A stretch of 64,000 bases of DNA from assembly GCA_963807605.1 (NCBI GenBank), contig CAWECG010000004.1:512001-576000 (forward strand), in the 5' to 3' direction. Below, in pieces: positions 41,705 through 51,459 of the stretch (the stretch's first letter is position 1; every line of letters starts with the position of its first letter). The position numbers and the translations under genes are program-made. The notes beneath the pieces are model-generated. The model saw nothing but the letters and a program-made list of their open reading frames with translations. It searched no databases and was not told where the DNA came from. Source of the DNA: Candidatus Bathyarchaeota archaeon. Its GTDB lineage: Archaea; Thermoproteota; Bathyarchaeia; 40CM-2-53-6; RBG-13-38-9.

Positions 41705-43030
41705 GTGACATCCTCCCATGGCTAAAGCCGCGGGCTTCCCGCTTCAACATCTTTGCTTACCATTCCCCTTAGGGATGGCAGAGGCTCAGACTCTACGGGC
41801 GTATTCACCCACCGTCCGTGGGCATAGTCGGGTTTGAAGCCTGACAGACCAATCTTTTTGATTAGTTTAGCTGAATTCTCGTCTCTTGGAATCGACTCAC
41901 CGCAATTCGGGCATATATGATCTCTCTCGCTCAGGTCTTTCGGCACCCATGATAGGCAGTTGTGGCAGAATTGTGTGGTACCCCATGGATCGATTGGTAT
42001 GAACCATTTACCGAGTAGGTTGGCTTTGAAATGGGTTTTCCGTATGAATGTTCCTGGTGAGGCGTCTTGAATGCTTTTGGCTAGGCAGTGGTTCTTTATC
42101 ATGTTAGCTACAGCTAGTCTTTCCAAGAATAGGATATCAGTGGTTTTGTACAGCGTTGCCAGTGTCTTGTTTTGGTGGTCGTCTCTCTGACATGCTACAT
42201 GATGGTGTTGCTTTGCCAGTCTCAAAGCCAGCTTTCTCTTATTTCTTGAGCCCTTCTTTGCTCTTGACATTACTCGCTGTAGTCTCTTGATTCTTTCCTC
42301 AGACTTTCTCAGAAATTTCGGTGGCCCCGTCGTGATTCCATCTGAGAGTGTTAGGAACTTAATCAGCCCTATGTCTCCTCCTTTGATCCGCTCATCTGGG
42401 ATCTTCTCGATGGGGGTCTTCTCTTGATTTGGAATTTTGCAGGCGAATACCACATACCACTGTCCAGCGTTGTATTTTACAGTCAAAGTTTTGACTTGGC
42501 CTTCCACCGGTCTATGCATGAAGATTCGGACATTCCCTATCCCCGAGAGGTACAGTTTACTGTTGCATAGTTTGAAGCCTGATTGTGGATAGGTGAGAGA
42601 GAGATACTTCTTTGGATGTTTATTTTTGGGAAATCTTGCTCTACCCTCAAAGTAGTTCTTGAATGATTCTCGCAAGCCTTGTAGCAACGCTCTGGACAAC
42701 CTGACTATGTATTCCCTGAAGATTCTCGTCTTCTCGTCTAAGCCCTAGCGCCTTCAGCCTCAAGTCGGTTCTGCTCAGGCTGACATGCTCCTGTTTCCAA
42801 GTACCAATCTTCAGATCCCTAAGTCTATTGTATAGCTCACACAATGTGGATAGGTGGCTTTTCATCAGCCTTCCCTGCCCCACCTTAGGGTAGATACGGT
42901 ACTTGTAGGCTAGAAGCATCTCAACCATCAACAAATACATGTTTTGAACAAAATTTAAACATCTGGCATCTCACTCTGGAACGCAATTCATCCCCCAGCT
43001 AAAGCTTGGGGGCTTTCTTGCTAGTTTTCT
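41705..43030 (-). mobile_element. tnpB element T4 (sibling of T5)
   Basis: Target TTAC (43031-43034) inside the pyrG 3' end; AAAG-hairpin left end; GAAG-hairpin-TCAC right end. Confidence 0.87.
41722..42919 (-). pseudogene. tnpB: Frameshifted tnpB
   Basis: One extra base near 42667 relative to T5. Confidence 0.88.
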
Positions 43031-44643
43031 GTAAGCGCTCTTTCGAGAGCGGCAGTGATGAACCCGTTGTATGGTGGGGCAGGCCGATTTGGCCTTGATT
43101 TGAATTCCCCATGGAACTGCGTTGCAAGATGAAAGCGTTGTCTTGGGATCTCGAGAATCTCCATGCGTGAGTCGTCCGTGCTTCTTCCAGAGAAGACAAG
43201 TCCTGCCTCCTCCAGCTTCCCTATGTATGTTTGGTTCGCCTCATACCGGTGACGATGCCTTTCATAGATGACATCCGTTCCGTATAATCGATGGGCCAGT
43301 GTTCCGGGCTTCAATGCGATACCGTTCGCACCCAACCTCATCGTGGCACCCTTCTCGTCTATCGACTTTTGTTCAGGCATCAGATCAACCACAGGGTGTT
43401 CAGTGTCAGCTCTTATTTCTGTAGAGTTGGCTCCGCCGAAGCCTATGTGCCGAGCAAACTCGACAATCGCCATCTGAAAGCCAAAGCAGATTCCTAGAAA
43501 AGGAATGTTCTTCTCGCGTGCATGGGAAATGGCCATTATCTTGCCCTCGGTACCTCTAGCCCCAAATCCACCGGGTATTAGGACTCCATGATGACTATCA
43601 AGTTCTTGGAGTCTAGACGGATTCTCCTCGAATGTCTCGGTCTCAACCCAGCTTATCTTGACATGGGCATCGTTGGCAGCACCAGCATGTCTGAGAGCCT
43701 CGTTTATGCTGACATATGAGTCGGCCAGTTCAGCATACTTTCCGCAGACCGCAATCTTTACTGTATATTTTGGATTGAGAAAGCGCGCAACCATTCTTCT
43801 CCAGTTTTGCCAGTCAGGCATCTTTGTTCGGGCGCCCATTCTCTCGACGAAATAGTCGCCCATTCCTTGGTCGTCAAGTACCAAGGGAAGCTCATAGATG
43901 CTTTTGGTGTCAGGTGAGGAGAAGACTGCCCTCTCTTCTATGTTACAGAATAGCGCGATCTTCCTTTTTGGATCGTCCTTTAGAGAACTTTCACTCCTGA
44001 CTACTACTGCGTCCGGCTGAATTCCGATTCTTCGAAGCTCTTGGACACTATGTTGGGTGGGTTTCGTTTTCTGCTCGCCTACAACGTCGAGTATCGGGAC
44101 GAGTGTGACGTGAGCATATACAACATTCAGCGGGCCTTCTTCCAACCTCATTTGGCGTGCAGCCTCAAGAAAGGGAAGGCTCTCGATGTCTCCTACTGTT
44201 CCGCCAATTTCAACGATTACACAGTCGACGCCACTTTTCCTGGCGATGGATCTTATCCGTTCCTTGATCTCGTCTGTGATGTGCGGTATTATTTGGATGC
44301 ATTTTCCAAGAAGCTCCCCCTTTCTCTCTTTGCCTATCACAGCGAGATAGATCTGACCTGTGGTTATGTTGTGTTCCTTGGGTATGTTCACATCTAAGAA
44401 TCGCTCGTAAGTGCCCAAGTCCATATCTGTCTCGCCACCATCCTCTGTGACAAAGACTTCGCCGTGAACAGTTGGGTTCATTGTTCCGGCGTCAACGTTG
44501 AGGTAGGGATCTATCTTCACTGCTGTAACACTCATCCCTCTTGACTGGAGAATCTTCCCTACAGAAGCTGCGGTGACACCTTTCCCAATCCCAGACATCA
44601 CTCCGCCAGTTATGAAGAGGTACTTCTTAACCACGCCCGACAC
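43021..44643 (-). CDS. pyrG: CTP synthase
   Basis: [39 protein letters not shown]. Confidence 0.97.
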   Translation of the reverse strand: MSGVVKKYLFITGGVMSGIGKGVTAASVGKILQSRGMSVTAVKIDPYLNVDAGTMNPTVHGEVFVTEDGGETDMDLGTYERFLDVNIPKEHNITTGQIYLAVIGKERKGELLGKCIQIIPHITDEIKERIRSIARKSGVDCVIVEIGGTVGDIESLPFLEAARQMRLEEGPLNVVYAHVTLVPILDVVGEQKTKPTQHSVQELRRIGIQPDAVVVRSESSLKDDPKRKIALFCNIEERAVFSSPDTKSIYELPLVLDDQGMGDYFVERMGARTKMPDWQNWRRMVARFLNPKYTVKIAVCGKYAELADSYVSINEALRHAGAANDAHVKISWVETETFEENPSRLQELDSHHGVLIPGGFGARGTEGKIMAISHAREKNIPFLGICFGFQMAIVEFARHIGFGGANSTEIRADTEHPVVDLMPEQKSIDEKGATMRLGANGIALKPGTLAHRLYGTDVIYERHRHRYEANQTYIGKLEEAGLVFSGRSTDDSRMEILEIPRQRFHLATQFHGEFKSRPNRPAPPYNGFITAALERALTEN

Positions 44644-44710
44644 CTTGACAATAGAAAAACGGCTTCAATTCACATAATACTCTGGTTAAACAAAGCCCCA
44701 GACTCTGCAA

Positions 44711-44974
44711 TCATTCACCAGAGTCGTCCTGCTTAGCTTGCACCTTGCTTCTTTCGGGGAGCTGCGAGTACTTTCCGTCGGAGGTTCTATAGACAGCCAG
44801 CCTTCCGACAGTCTCCCAGAGATTCTCTTTGAGACGCCGAACCTGTATGGTGAGGACTTCTGCAGAGGGATCGGACTTACCGGGCCACATTGCGAAACTC
44901 AGAAAGTCACCGTCCACCGTCCTTGTGGAGAAACGAAACTTTGGTTGTGGTCTTTCAGACAACAGTTCCACCAA
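44711..44974 (-). CDS. Small hypothetical beta-rich protein
   Basis: 87-aa ORF with protein-like composition, co-oriented with pyrG. Confidence 0.65.
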   Translation of the reverse strand: MVELLSERPQPKFRFSTRTVDGDFLSFAMWPGKSDPSAEVLTIQVRRLKENLWETVGRLAVYRTSDGKYSQLPERSKVQAKQDDSGE

Positions 44975-45006
44975 TTACTTCATCACAAGTATGAGATCTC
45001 TTATAG

Positions 45007-46331
45007 GTGACATCCTCTCACGGCTAAAGTCGTGGGCTTCCCGCTTCAACATCTTTGCTTACCATTCCCCTTAGGGATGGCAGAGGCTCAGACTCTACGG
45101 GCGTATTCACCCACCGTCCGTGGGCATAGTCGGGTTTGAAGCCTGACAGACCAATCTTTTTGATTAGTTTAGCTGAATTCTCGTCTCTTGGAATCGACTC
45201 ACCGCAATTCGGACACATATGATCTCTCTCGCTCAGGTCTTTCGGCACCCATGATAGGCAGTTGTGGCAGAATTGTGTGGTACCCCATGGATCGATTGGT
45301 ATGAACCATTTGCCGAGTAGGTTGGCTTTGAATTGTGCCTTACGGAAGAACCTTCCGGGCGAAGCGTCTTGGAGGCTCTTGGCTAGGCAGTGGTTCTTTA
45401 CCATGTTGGCTACAGCTAGTCTTTCCAAGAATAGGATATCAGTGGTTTTGTACAGCGTTGCCAGTGTCTTGTTTTGGTAGTCGTCTCTCTGACATGCTAC
45501 ATGATGGTGTTGCCTTGCAAGTCTCAAAGCCAGCTTTCTCCTATTTCTTGAACCCTTCTTTGCTCTTGACATCGCTCGCTGTAGTCTCTTAATCTTTTCC
45601 TCAGACTTTCTCAGAAATTTCGGTGGCTCCATCGTGGTTCCATCTGAAAGCGTCAGAAACTTAATCAGCCCTATATCTCCCCCTTTGATCCGCTCACCTG
45701 GAATCTGCTCTATGGGGGTCTTCTCCTGATTTGGAATTTTGCAGGCGAATACCACATACCACTGTCCAGCATTGTACTTCACAGTCAAGGTCTTGACTTC
45801 ACCTTCCATCGGCCTATGCATGAAGATTCGGACATTCCCTATCCCCGAAAGGTACAGCTGATTGTTGTACAACTTGAAGCCTGATTGTGGATAGGTGAAG
45901 GAGAGATACTTCCTCGCATGTTTCTGCTTGGGGAATCTTGCTCTACCCTCAAAGTAGTTCTTGAACAATCTCGCAAGCCTTGTAGCAACACTCTGGACAA
46001 CCTGACTATGTATTCCCTGAAGATTCTCGTCTTCTCCTCTAAGCTCTAGCGCTTTCAGCCTCAAGTCGGTTCTGCTCAGGCTGACATGCTCCTGTTTCCA
46101 AGTACCAATCTTCAAATCCCTAAGTTTATTGTATAGCTCACACAATGCGGACAGGTGGCTTTTCATCAGCCTTCCCTGCCCCACCTTAGGGTAGATACGG
46201 TACTTGTAGGCTAGAAGCATTCTTAACCATCAACAAATACATGTTTTGAACAAAATTTAAACATCTGGCATCTCACTCTGGAACACAATTCATCCCACCA
46301 CTAAAGCCGTGGGTTTTCTTGCGCATTTTCC
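45007..46331 (-). mobile_element. tnpB element T5
   Basis: Target TTAG (46332-46335); hairpin ends; TCAC right end. Confidence 0.87.
45024..46220 (-). CDS. tnpB: RNA-guided endonuclease TnpB (intact)
   Basis: GGDIG, LERL, PRDENSA, zinc ribbon. Confidence 0.94.
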   Translation of the reverse strand: MLLAYKYRIYPKVGQGRLMKSHLSALCELYNKLRDLKIGTWKQEHVSLSRTDLRLKALELRGEDENLQGIHSQVVQSVATRLARLFKNYFEGRARFPKQKHARKYLSFTYPQSGFKLYNNQLYLSGIGNVRIFMHRPMEGEVKTLTVKYNAGQWYVVFACKIPNQEKTPIEQIPGERIKGGDIGLIKFLTLSDGTTMEPPKFLRKSEEKIKRLQRAMSRAKKGSRNRRKLALRLARQHHHVACQRDDYQNKTLATLYKTTDILFLERLAVANMVKNHCLAKSLQDASPGRFFRKAQFKANLLGKWFIPIDPWGTTQFCHNCLSWVPKDLSERDHMCPNCGESIPRDENSAKLIKKIGLSGFKPDYAHGRWVNTPVESEPLPSLRGMVSKDVEAGSPRL

Positions 46332-46372
46332 CTAAATTACCCTAACCTGAAGCTCAGGGGGTTCTATGCTGC

Positions 46373-46846
46373 TTAGGCTACGTATTCGCTGAGGGATTTC
46401 TGTTTGAATTGTAGGTAGATGTCGTGGTCCACGGCTTTCCAGTGTTTCCTCTGGCTGTGTTCAAGGTAGTACCTGATGGCTTCATTCGTGGTGGCGCCGA
46501 CTGAGCGGTAGAAGTAGCCTGCTGTCCAGAAGGCGTCACCCCAAAGCTTCGCCCTGACCCTGCTCCAGCATTTCTGGCGGATCCGCCTTGAACTGGCGCC
46601 TTTCAGGAAGCGTGCCAGCTCCGAGACGGCCAGATTCTTGCATGCACCCACGAATATGGGGGCATAGTCTGGACTAAACTCTATGGCGTGAACCGCAAAA
46701 CCATATCTAGCCGCTGTCTCGCGGAAGCTATCCTCGCAGGCCCTTTTCACCTCGCCATCGCGGAATATGTCGCGCCTGTACTTGGGTGTGAACTGCAGGT
46801 GGAAGTTAGCCTCGCCGAGGCTGTGTGCTGACCTGACCAACTCCAT
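46373..46846 (-). CDS. tnpA: IS200/IS605 Y1 transposase TnpA with degenerate HUH motif
   Basis: H..F.PKYRR, LKG.SSR, LW...FW..GYF..SVG, Y...Q. HUH reads DYAPIF. ATG 46846 follows GGAGGTG. Confidence 0.9.
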   Translation of the reverse strand: MELVRSAHSLGEANFHLQFTPKYRRDIFRDGEVKRACEDSFRETAARYGFAVHAIEFSPDYAPIFVGACKNLAVSELARFLKGASSRRIRQKCWSRVRAKLWGDAFWTAGYFYRSVGATTNEAIRYYLEHSQRKHWKAVDHDIYLQFKQKSLSEYVA

Positions 46847-47059
46847 ACCGTAACACCTCCTCGCCGGCGAGGACAAGCCCGAATACGCTCCGCTACCCGC
46901 TGAGAGCGAAGAAAGCCTCCCAGATAGAAGTATCATGGGAAGAATATCAACCGACTTTTTGCATTCAGAAAGCAGTGACCCATCAACCGAAGACTTGGCA
47001 GAACCCGTCTCAGCAAATCTTTTAGGGAATCCTTCTCAAAGGCTCTTGGGGTCATTCTT

Positions 47060-48073
47060 ATGCCATGCAACGTAGTGGTCGGAGGCTTCTTCGGGGATGA
47101 GGGGAAGGGAAAACTGATCGCCTATCTAGCTCTCAAGGACAAGCCGTCTATTGTTGCAAGGGGTGGAGCCGGACCAAACGCGGGACACACGGTTGAGTTT
47201 GAGGGAAAGACGTACTCTCTTCGGATGGTTCCCAGCGGTTTCACGAATAAAGATAGCAGACTTCTGATTGGACCGGGAGTTGCAGTGAACCTGACTGTTC
47301 TGTCAAAGGAGGTTGCACTGACTCAAACAGAATCCAGAATAGGTTTAGACTCCCAATGTGCCATAATCGAGGACAAACACATCAAAGCGGAAATTTGGTC
47401 TGACCACTTATCAAGAAAAGTTGGCTCTACAAAGAGTGGGGTTGGAGCATGTAATGCTGACAGAGCTCTGCGGACCGTGAAAGTAGCAAGAGATATTTCT
47501 GAGCTATCTAAGTACGTTGTTGATGTTCCTTATGAAGTGAATAGCTCATTAGACAATGGCGAGAACGTGTTAGTCGAGGGCACTCAAGGAACATTCCTCT
47601 CACTATATCACGGAACCTATCCATACTGCACCTCTAAGGACGTTTGCGCCTCAGCGATATGCTCTGACATAGGCTTGGGGCCGACGAGAGTATCTGATGT
47701 CACACTGGTCTTCAAGTCGTTTGTCACGAGAGTAGGCGAGGGCGAACTACAGGGTCAACTTAGTCGAGAAGAAGTTCTCAAGAGGGGCTGGTCTGAGTAC
47801 GGAACCGTCACTGGGAGGGAGCGCAGAGCTGCACCATTTGATTTCAACCTTGCCAAAAGAGCGGTCATGCTGAATGGAGCGACTCAGCTTGCAATCACAA
47901 AGATAGATTTGATCTCCCCAGAAGCATCTGGGCTGAAGAGATTCGAAGAACTGCCCGACGAAGCCAAGGACTTCGTCAAGAGAATTGAGAAGGAGACAAA
48001 GAGACCGGTTGTTCTGATCGGAACTGGCCCTTCAACATGGGATGTGATTGACAGAAGAGAAGATCATCACTAA
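47060..48073 (+). CDS. purA: Adenylosuccinate synthetase (short archaeal form)
   Basis: GDEGKGK, GPNAGHT, EGTQG, GTYPY.TS, GTVTGR.RR. Confidence 0.96.
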   Translation: MPCNVVVGGFFGDEGKGKLIAYLALKDKPSIVARGGAGPNAGHTVEFEGKTYSLRMVPSGFTNKDSRLLIGPGVAVNLTVLSKEVALTQTESRIGLDSQCAIIEDKHIKAEIWSDHLSRKVGSTKSGVGACNADRALRTVKVARDISELSKYVVDVPYEVNSSLDNGENVLVEGTQGTFLSLYHGTYPYCTSKDVCASAICSDIGLGPTRVSDVTLVFKSFVTRVGEGELQGQLSREEVLKRGWSEYGTVTGRERRAAPFDFNLAKRAVMLNGATQLAITKIDLISPEASGLKRFEELPDEAKDFVKRIEKETKRPVVLIGTGPSTWDVIDRREDHH

Positions 48074-48145
48074 TCCAAGAGATCTGACCTTACCCTAAAT
48101 GCAATAGTACGAACCATAGAAACGGAAGTAATTGCAATTACATAG

Positions 48146-48343
48146 GGAAGAGAGCATTACTCGGCAACCAAGAGCGTCGCTCTTATGGCATCGATGGTGG
48201 CGCTCGGAAACGTCCTCGCTCTCATCTCAATGTATGTTGGCGATTTTCATCCGGAAATTGCTCTTGATTTCTCACACCTTGCTACTGCAATAGTTGCTAT
48301 CTATTCAGGGCTGGCAATGGGCGTGATCACTGGAGCGCGCTAA
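48146..48343 (+). pseudogene. Truncated ECF transporter S-component fragment
   Basis: TKSVALMASMVALGNVL...LDFSHLA..I..I.SG...G...G, then a premature stop; in-frame TAG just upstream. Confidence 0.55.
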
Positions 48344-48462
48344 TCTTCAGATAAAATCTATTTTTATTTTTTACAGAAAGCGTGTACACCTACGTTTTAT
48401 TGAAGTCCTTCACCCGACTAGTCTTACCTCCCCAGATCGCGTCAGCCTTCACCGACGTTATC

Positions 48463-48510
48463 GTGACATCCTCCCACGGCTAAAGCCGTGGGTTTTCTTG
48501 CGCATTTTCT
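48463..48510 (-). mobile_element. 48-bp IS605 end-fusion remnant with a single hairpin
   Basis: T5-type left-end sequence and right-end sequence joined through one shared hairpin. Confidence 0.8.
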
Positions 48511-48568
48511 ATAAAAGCAATCTCAATATTTCACAGAAGTGCTCCCGGTTCTTAGCTCATCAAGCATC

Positions 48569-49914
48569 GTGAACTCACCCACTCCTAAAGGGTGTGGGCT
48601 TCTCCCCTTGCGGATAGAGAAGTTCCTGCTTCAGCGACGAAGCATGCCCACCAATAATGGTGGGTGGAGGCTTCATCTCCACAGGCGTGTATTCGGATGG
48701 TTCCCACCCTATTTTTTCCAGTCCTAAACGCCTTATATTGAGTGATGCATTGAAGTCCCTATCAATATTTAGCCCACAATGGGGGCACTTGTGTATCCTC
48801 ACTGCAAGAGTCTTAGGAACCTTAGCGCCACATCCACTGCAATCCTGGCTGGTGTTCTGGGATGGTACTTGGATTCGTAGTTTACAGGCGGTTTCAGCCT
48901 TGTACCCTACCATCATTCCAAATCTTCCCCATGAAGCATCAGCCATATTCTTGGCATTAGGGATCCCCTGCATCAAATCCTGAATATTCAGATCTTCCAT
49001 GCAGATTACATCGTGTTTGTCAACGTAGTATCTTGAGAGTTTGTGCAGGAAGTCATTCCTGCAATTTGTTATGTCCTCATGGATTGATGCAACCTTGACC
49101 TTCTGCTTCATCCTGTTTCTTGATCCCTTCTTCTTTCTTGATAGCTGCCTTTGCTCTCTTTGGAGTCTCTTCAGTTTTTTGTCGATGTTATGCGGGTGAG
49201 GGGTCACTCTTCCATTAGAATCGTAGGCATAGTTTATTATGCCAACATCTACCCCAACAGTTTTGCTTCTGTCCGCTGGCTCAGTATTTATCGGATGGTC
49301 GTATTCAATGGAGGTTATTGCATACCAATTGTTGTTTGCAGAATGTTTGATGGTAACCTGTTTGATCTCACCATCAATCTCTCTATGCAGCCGTATTGGG
49401 ATGTCTCCTATCTTGCTAAGGTGGAGTAATCCCATCTGTCGTATGTGCTTTGCACCATGCTTGATTGAGAATCCAGATTGGTTGTAGATGAAGGCCTTGA
49501 ACCATTCACGTCCCTTGAATCTTAGTCTCCCAACCTTCCTGCCTTTCTTCTTCATCTGTGAGAGTGCCCTGAGATTGGAGTACAGTTGGTAGAGGACGTA
49601 TTGCCGTGTCTTTGAGTGTAGCTTCTCAAGCTCAGGCTTGTATCTGCATAGGGCAGGGATCATCTCTTGTAGAAGTATCCTGTTTGGCACCTTTACACTG
49701 CACCTAACTATTCCCAAGAAGTAGTTGTAGAGCCACCGGCAAAGCTCAAGGATTGCAGACATCTCCTCCTCTTGTTCCCTTGTTGGGTAAAGCCTATAGC
49801 GCACTGAAGACTGCATTGTACTCACCATATTTTTTGTAAACTCCGCTTATAATGCTGATGCCAGTTCGCTTTCATCCCAACCCTAAAGGGTGTGGGATTT
49901 CCCGCTCACCTTTT
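48569..49914 (-). mobile_element. tnpB element T6 inserted in the cofC 3' end
   Basis: Target TTAA (49915-49918); AAAT-hairpin left end; GAAG-hairpin-TCAC right end. Confidence 0.88.
48575..49828 (-). CDS. tnpB: RNA-guided endonuclease TnpB (intact)
   Basis: GVDVG, MEDL, DRDFNA, zinc ribbon. Confidence 0.94.
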   Translation of the reverse strand: MVSTMQSSVRYRLYPTREQEEEMSAILELCRWLYNYFLGIVRCSVKVPNRILLQEMIPALCRYKPELEKLHSKTRQYVLYQLYSNLRALSQMKKKGRKVGRLRFKGREWFKAFIYNQSGFSIKHGAKHIRQMGLLHLSKIGDIPIRLHREIDGEIKQVTIKHSANNNWYAITSIEYDHPINTEPADRSKTVGVDVGIINYAYDSNGRVTPHPHNIDKKLKRLQREQRQLSRKKKGSRNRMKQKVKVASIHEDITNCRNDFLHKLSRYYVDKHDVICMEDLNIQDLMQGIPNAKNMADASWGRFGMMVGYKAETACKLRIQVPSQNTSQDCSGCGAKVPKTLAVRIHKCPHCGLNIDRDFNASLNIRRLGLEKIGWEPSEYTPVEMKPPPTIIGGHASSLKQELLYPQGEKPTPFRSG

Positions 49915-50513
49915 TTAAGGTCGTCGGGAGTATCGATATCAAATGAGAACCCGGGGGACCAGAAAACCTTGAACCTTCTGCCTCTCTCCATCGCCATTTT
50001 GAGATGCCTCGCAAAGCTGTTAGCACCGAAACTAACAGGCATCGTTCTGGGAGGACGGAGAAAGAGTGCGTTGGTTCCGCAATCCTTTGAAGGACATATC
50101 ACGACTGCTTCATCTTCAGTGTTCTCCAGCAGCTTTTCAAGCTCATAATATGACAGAAGAGGCAGGTCGGCAGCCATCAGCAAGACCGCATCGAAACCAC
50201 TTCTAACACACCTATCAACAGCTTGAGCAACGGCACCATTCAGTGACGTGGCCTTGTCTAACTCAAACAGGACATTGCATTCCTTGGAGACTGCCTTGAC
50301 CTCGTCATCTGAACCTATCACCAAGACTTCTCCGATCGACTTGGTCAAAATACTCAGAACGTGCCGTAGCATCTTCACAGTCAAATCTCTCCTCTCTCTC
50401 AGACTCAACGAGGCTGCAAGTCTAGCCTTTGAAGTGGACAAGCTCTTTACCGGAATAATGATACAAAGCCGCACCAAATCACACCTCGAGTGTTCGCAGA
50501 GCCAACTCTGCAA
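49872..50513 (-). CDS. cofC: 2-phospho-L-lactate/PEP guanylyltransferase (F420 biosynthesis)
   Basis: IIPVK....K.RL, ADLP, GTNAL, FG..SF..H, DIDTP.DL. True start probably ~50480. Confidence 0.9.
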   Translation of the reverse strand: MQSWLCEHSRCDLVRLCIIIPVKSLSTSKARLAASLSLRERRDLTVKMLRHVLSILTKSIGEVLVIGSDDEVKAVSKECNVLFELDKATSLNGAVAQAVDRCVRSGFDAVLLMAADLPLLSYYELEKLLENTEDEAVVICPSKDCGTNALFLRPPRTMPVSFGANSFARHLKMAMERGRRFKVFWSPGFSFDIDTPDDLKKGEREIPHPLGLG

Positions 50514-51405
50514 GACCGATCTTGGACTGAAGCGATCCCATTAGGATGTCTGTAACAATCACCTGGATCCCTAAACCCTCAATCCTGTCCCGAAGCCTTG
50601 AATCTGCTTTGTCAATGATGAGAGTATCAATGAGACCTCGGTAAATCGATGCCAGGCCGAACACTGAAGGATCGATTCCTAACCCCCTCATCATTCTGTC
50701 AGCTGGGCCTCTGATTGGTTTACCGGCTATTAATGGGCTTATAGCAAGTCTTCTGGCTTGAGATTTCTCAATGGCATCCCTTAAGCCAGGGATAGAGAGT
50801 ATACAGCCGATACTGACGATCGGATTGCTGGGCGCAAAGATTATGCCGCGAGACTGCCGAAGTGCCTCCAAAACCTGAAGGTTCGGACGCGCAGACCCAG
50901 AACCTTCGAAGATCACATTCTTCACATTGACATCAAACTTTCTCTTGACGAAGTACTCTTGAAAATCGAGGAGCCCCGCATCAGAATCTATTTTTGTTCT
51001 CACCGAATCGTCCGTCACCGGCAAAATCTGCTGCTTTACCTTGAGACTCTCACATAGCTTCTCCATCACCTCGGAGAGGGTTAAACCCCTCCTTAGAAGT
51101 GAGGTGCGAAGCACGTGTGTAGCTAGATCCTTGTCGCCGATCCTGAACCACGTTTCAGAGCCATACCGCTGCAACATATTTAGGAAACTGAAAGTATCAC
51201 CTTTAAGCCCCCAACCCCTTTCTTCATCGACTAGACCTGCTAGAGTGTACATTATTGTGTCAAGGTCCGGTGAAATGTGAAGCCCTAAGAATTCTAGGTC
51301 ATCACCAGTATTACCCACAATAACGAGTCTCTCATCGCCCATGACTCGGCTTAGACCGTCAAGAAACTTTGCTCCTCCTACACCGCCAGCGAGAACGACT
51401 ATCAT
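50479..51405 (-). CDS. cofD: 2-phospho-L-lactate transferase (F420 biosynthesis)
   Basis: LAGGVGGAKF, NTGDD, SPDLDT, WF.IGDKD, FQEYFV, PSNP.VSI. Confidence 0.95.
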   Translation of the reverse strand: MIVVLAGGVGGAKFLDGLSRVMGDERLVIVGNTGDDLEFLGLHISPDLDTIMYTLAGLVDEERGWGLKGDTFSFLNMLQRYGSETWFRIGDKDLATHVLRTSLLRRGLTLSEVMEKLCESLKVKQQILPVTDDSVRTKIDSDAGLLDFQEYFVKRKFDVNVKNVIFEGSGSARPNLQVLEALRQSRGIIFAPSNPIVSIGCILSIPGLRDAIEKSQARRLAISPLIAGKPIRGPADRMMRGLGIDPSVFGLASIYRGLIDTLIIDKADSRLRDRIEGLGIQVIVTDILMGSLQSKIGLAELALRTLEV

Positions 51406-51459
51406 CGCGTGTTAGGCCAGCCCGAATCTTAGAAACCTTAGAGTGACTTTGCACCGTGA

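Noticed and set aside
13113-43021. Initial reading of the targets as ...AG immediately before CAAGAAA
   Set aside because: Guide-pairing rules and the better reading frame restored at T2 (LVDKN|LIK) put the boundaries 9-12 nt further out.
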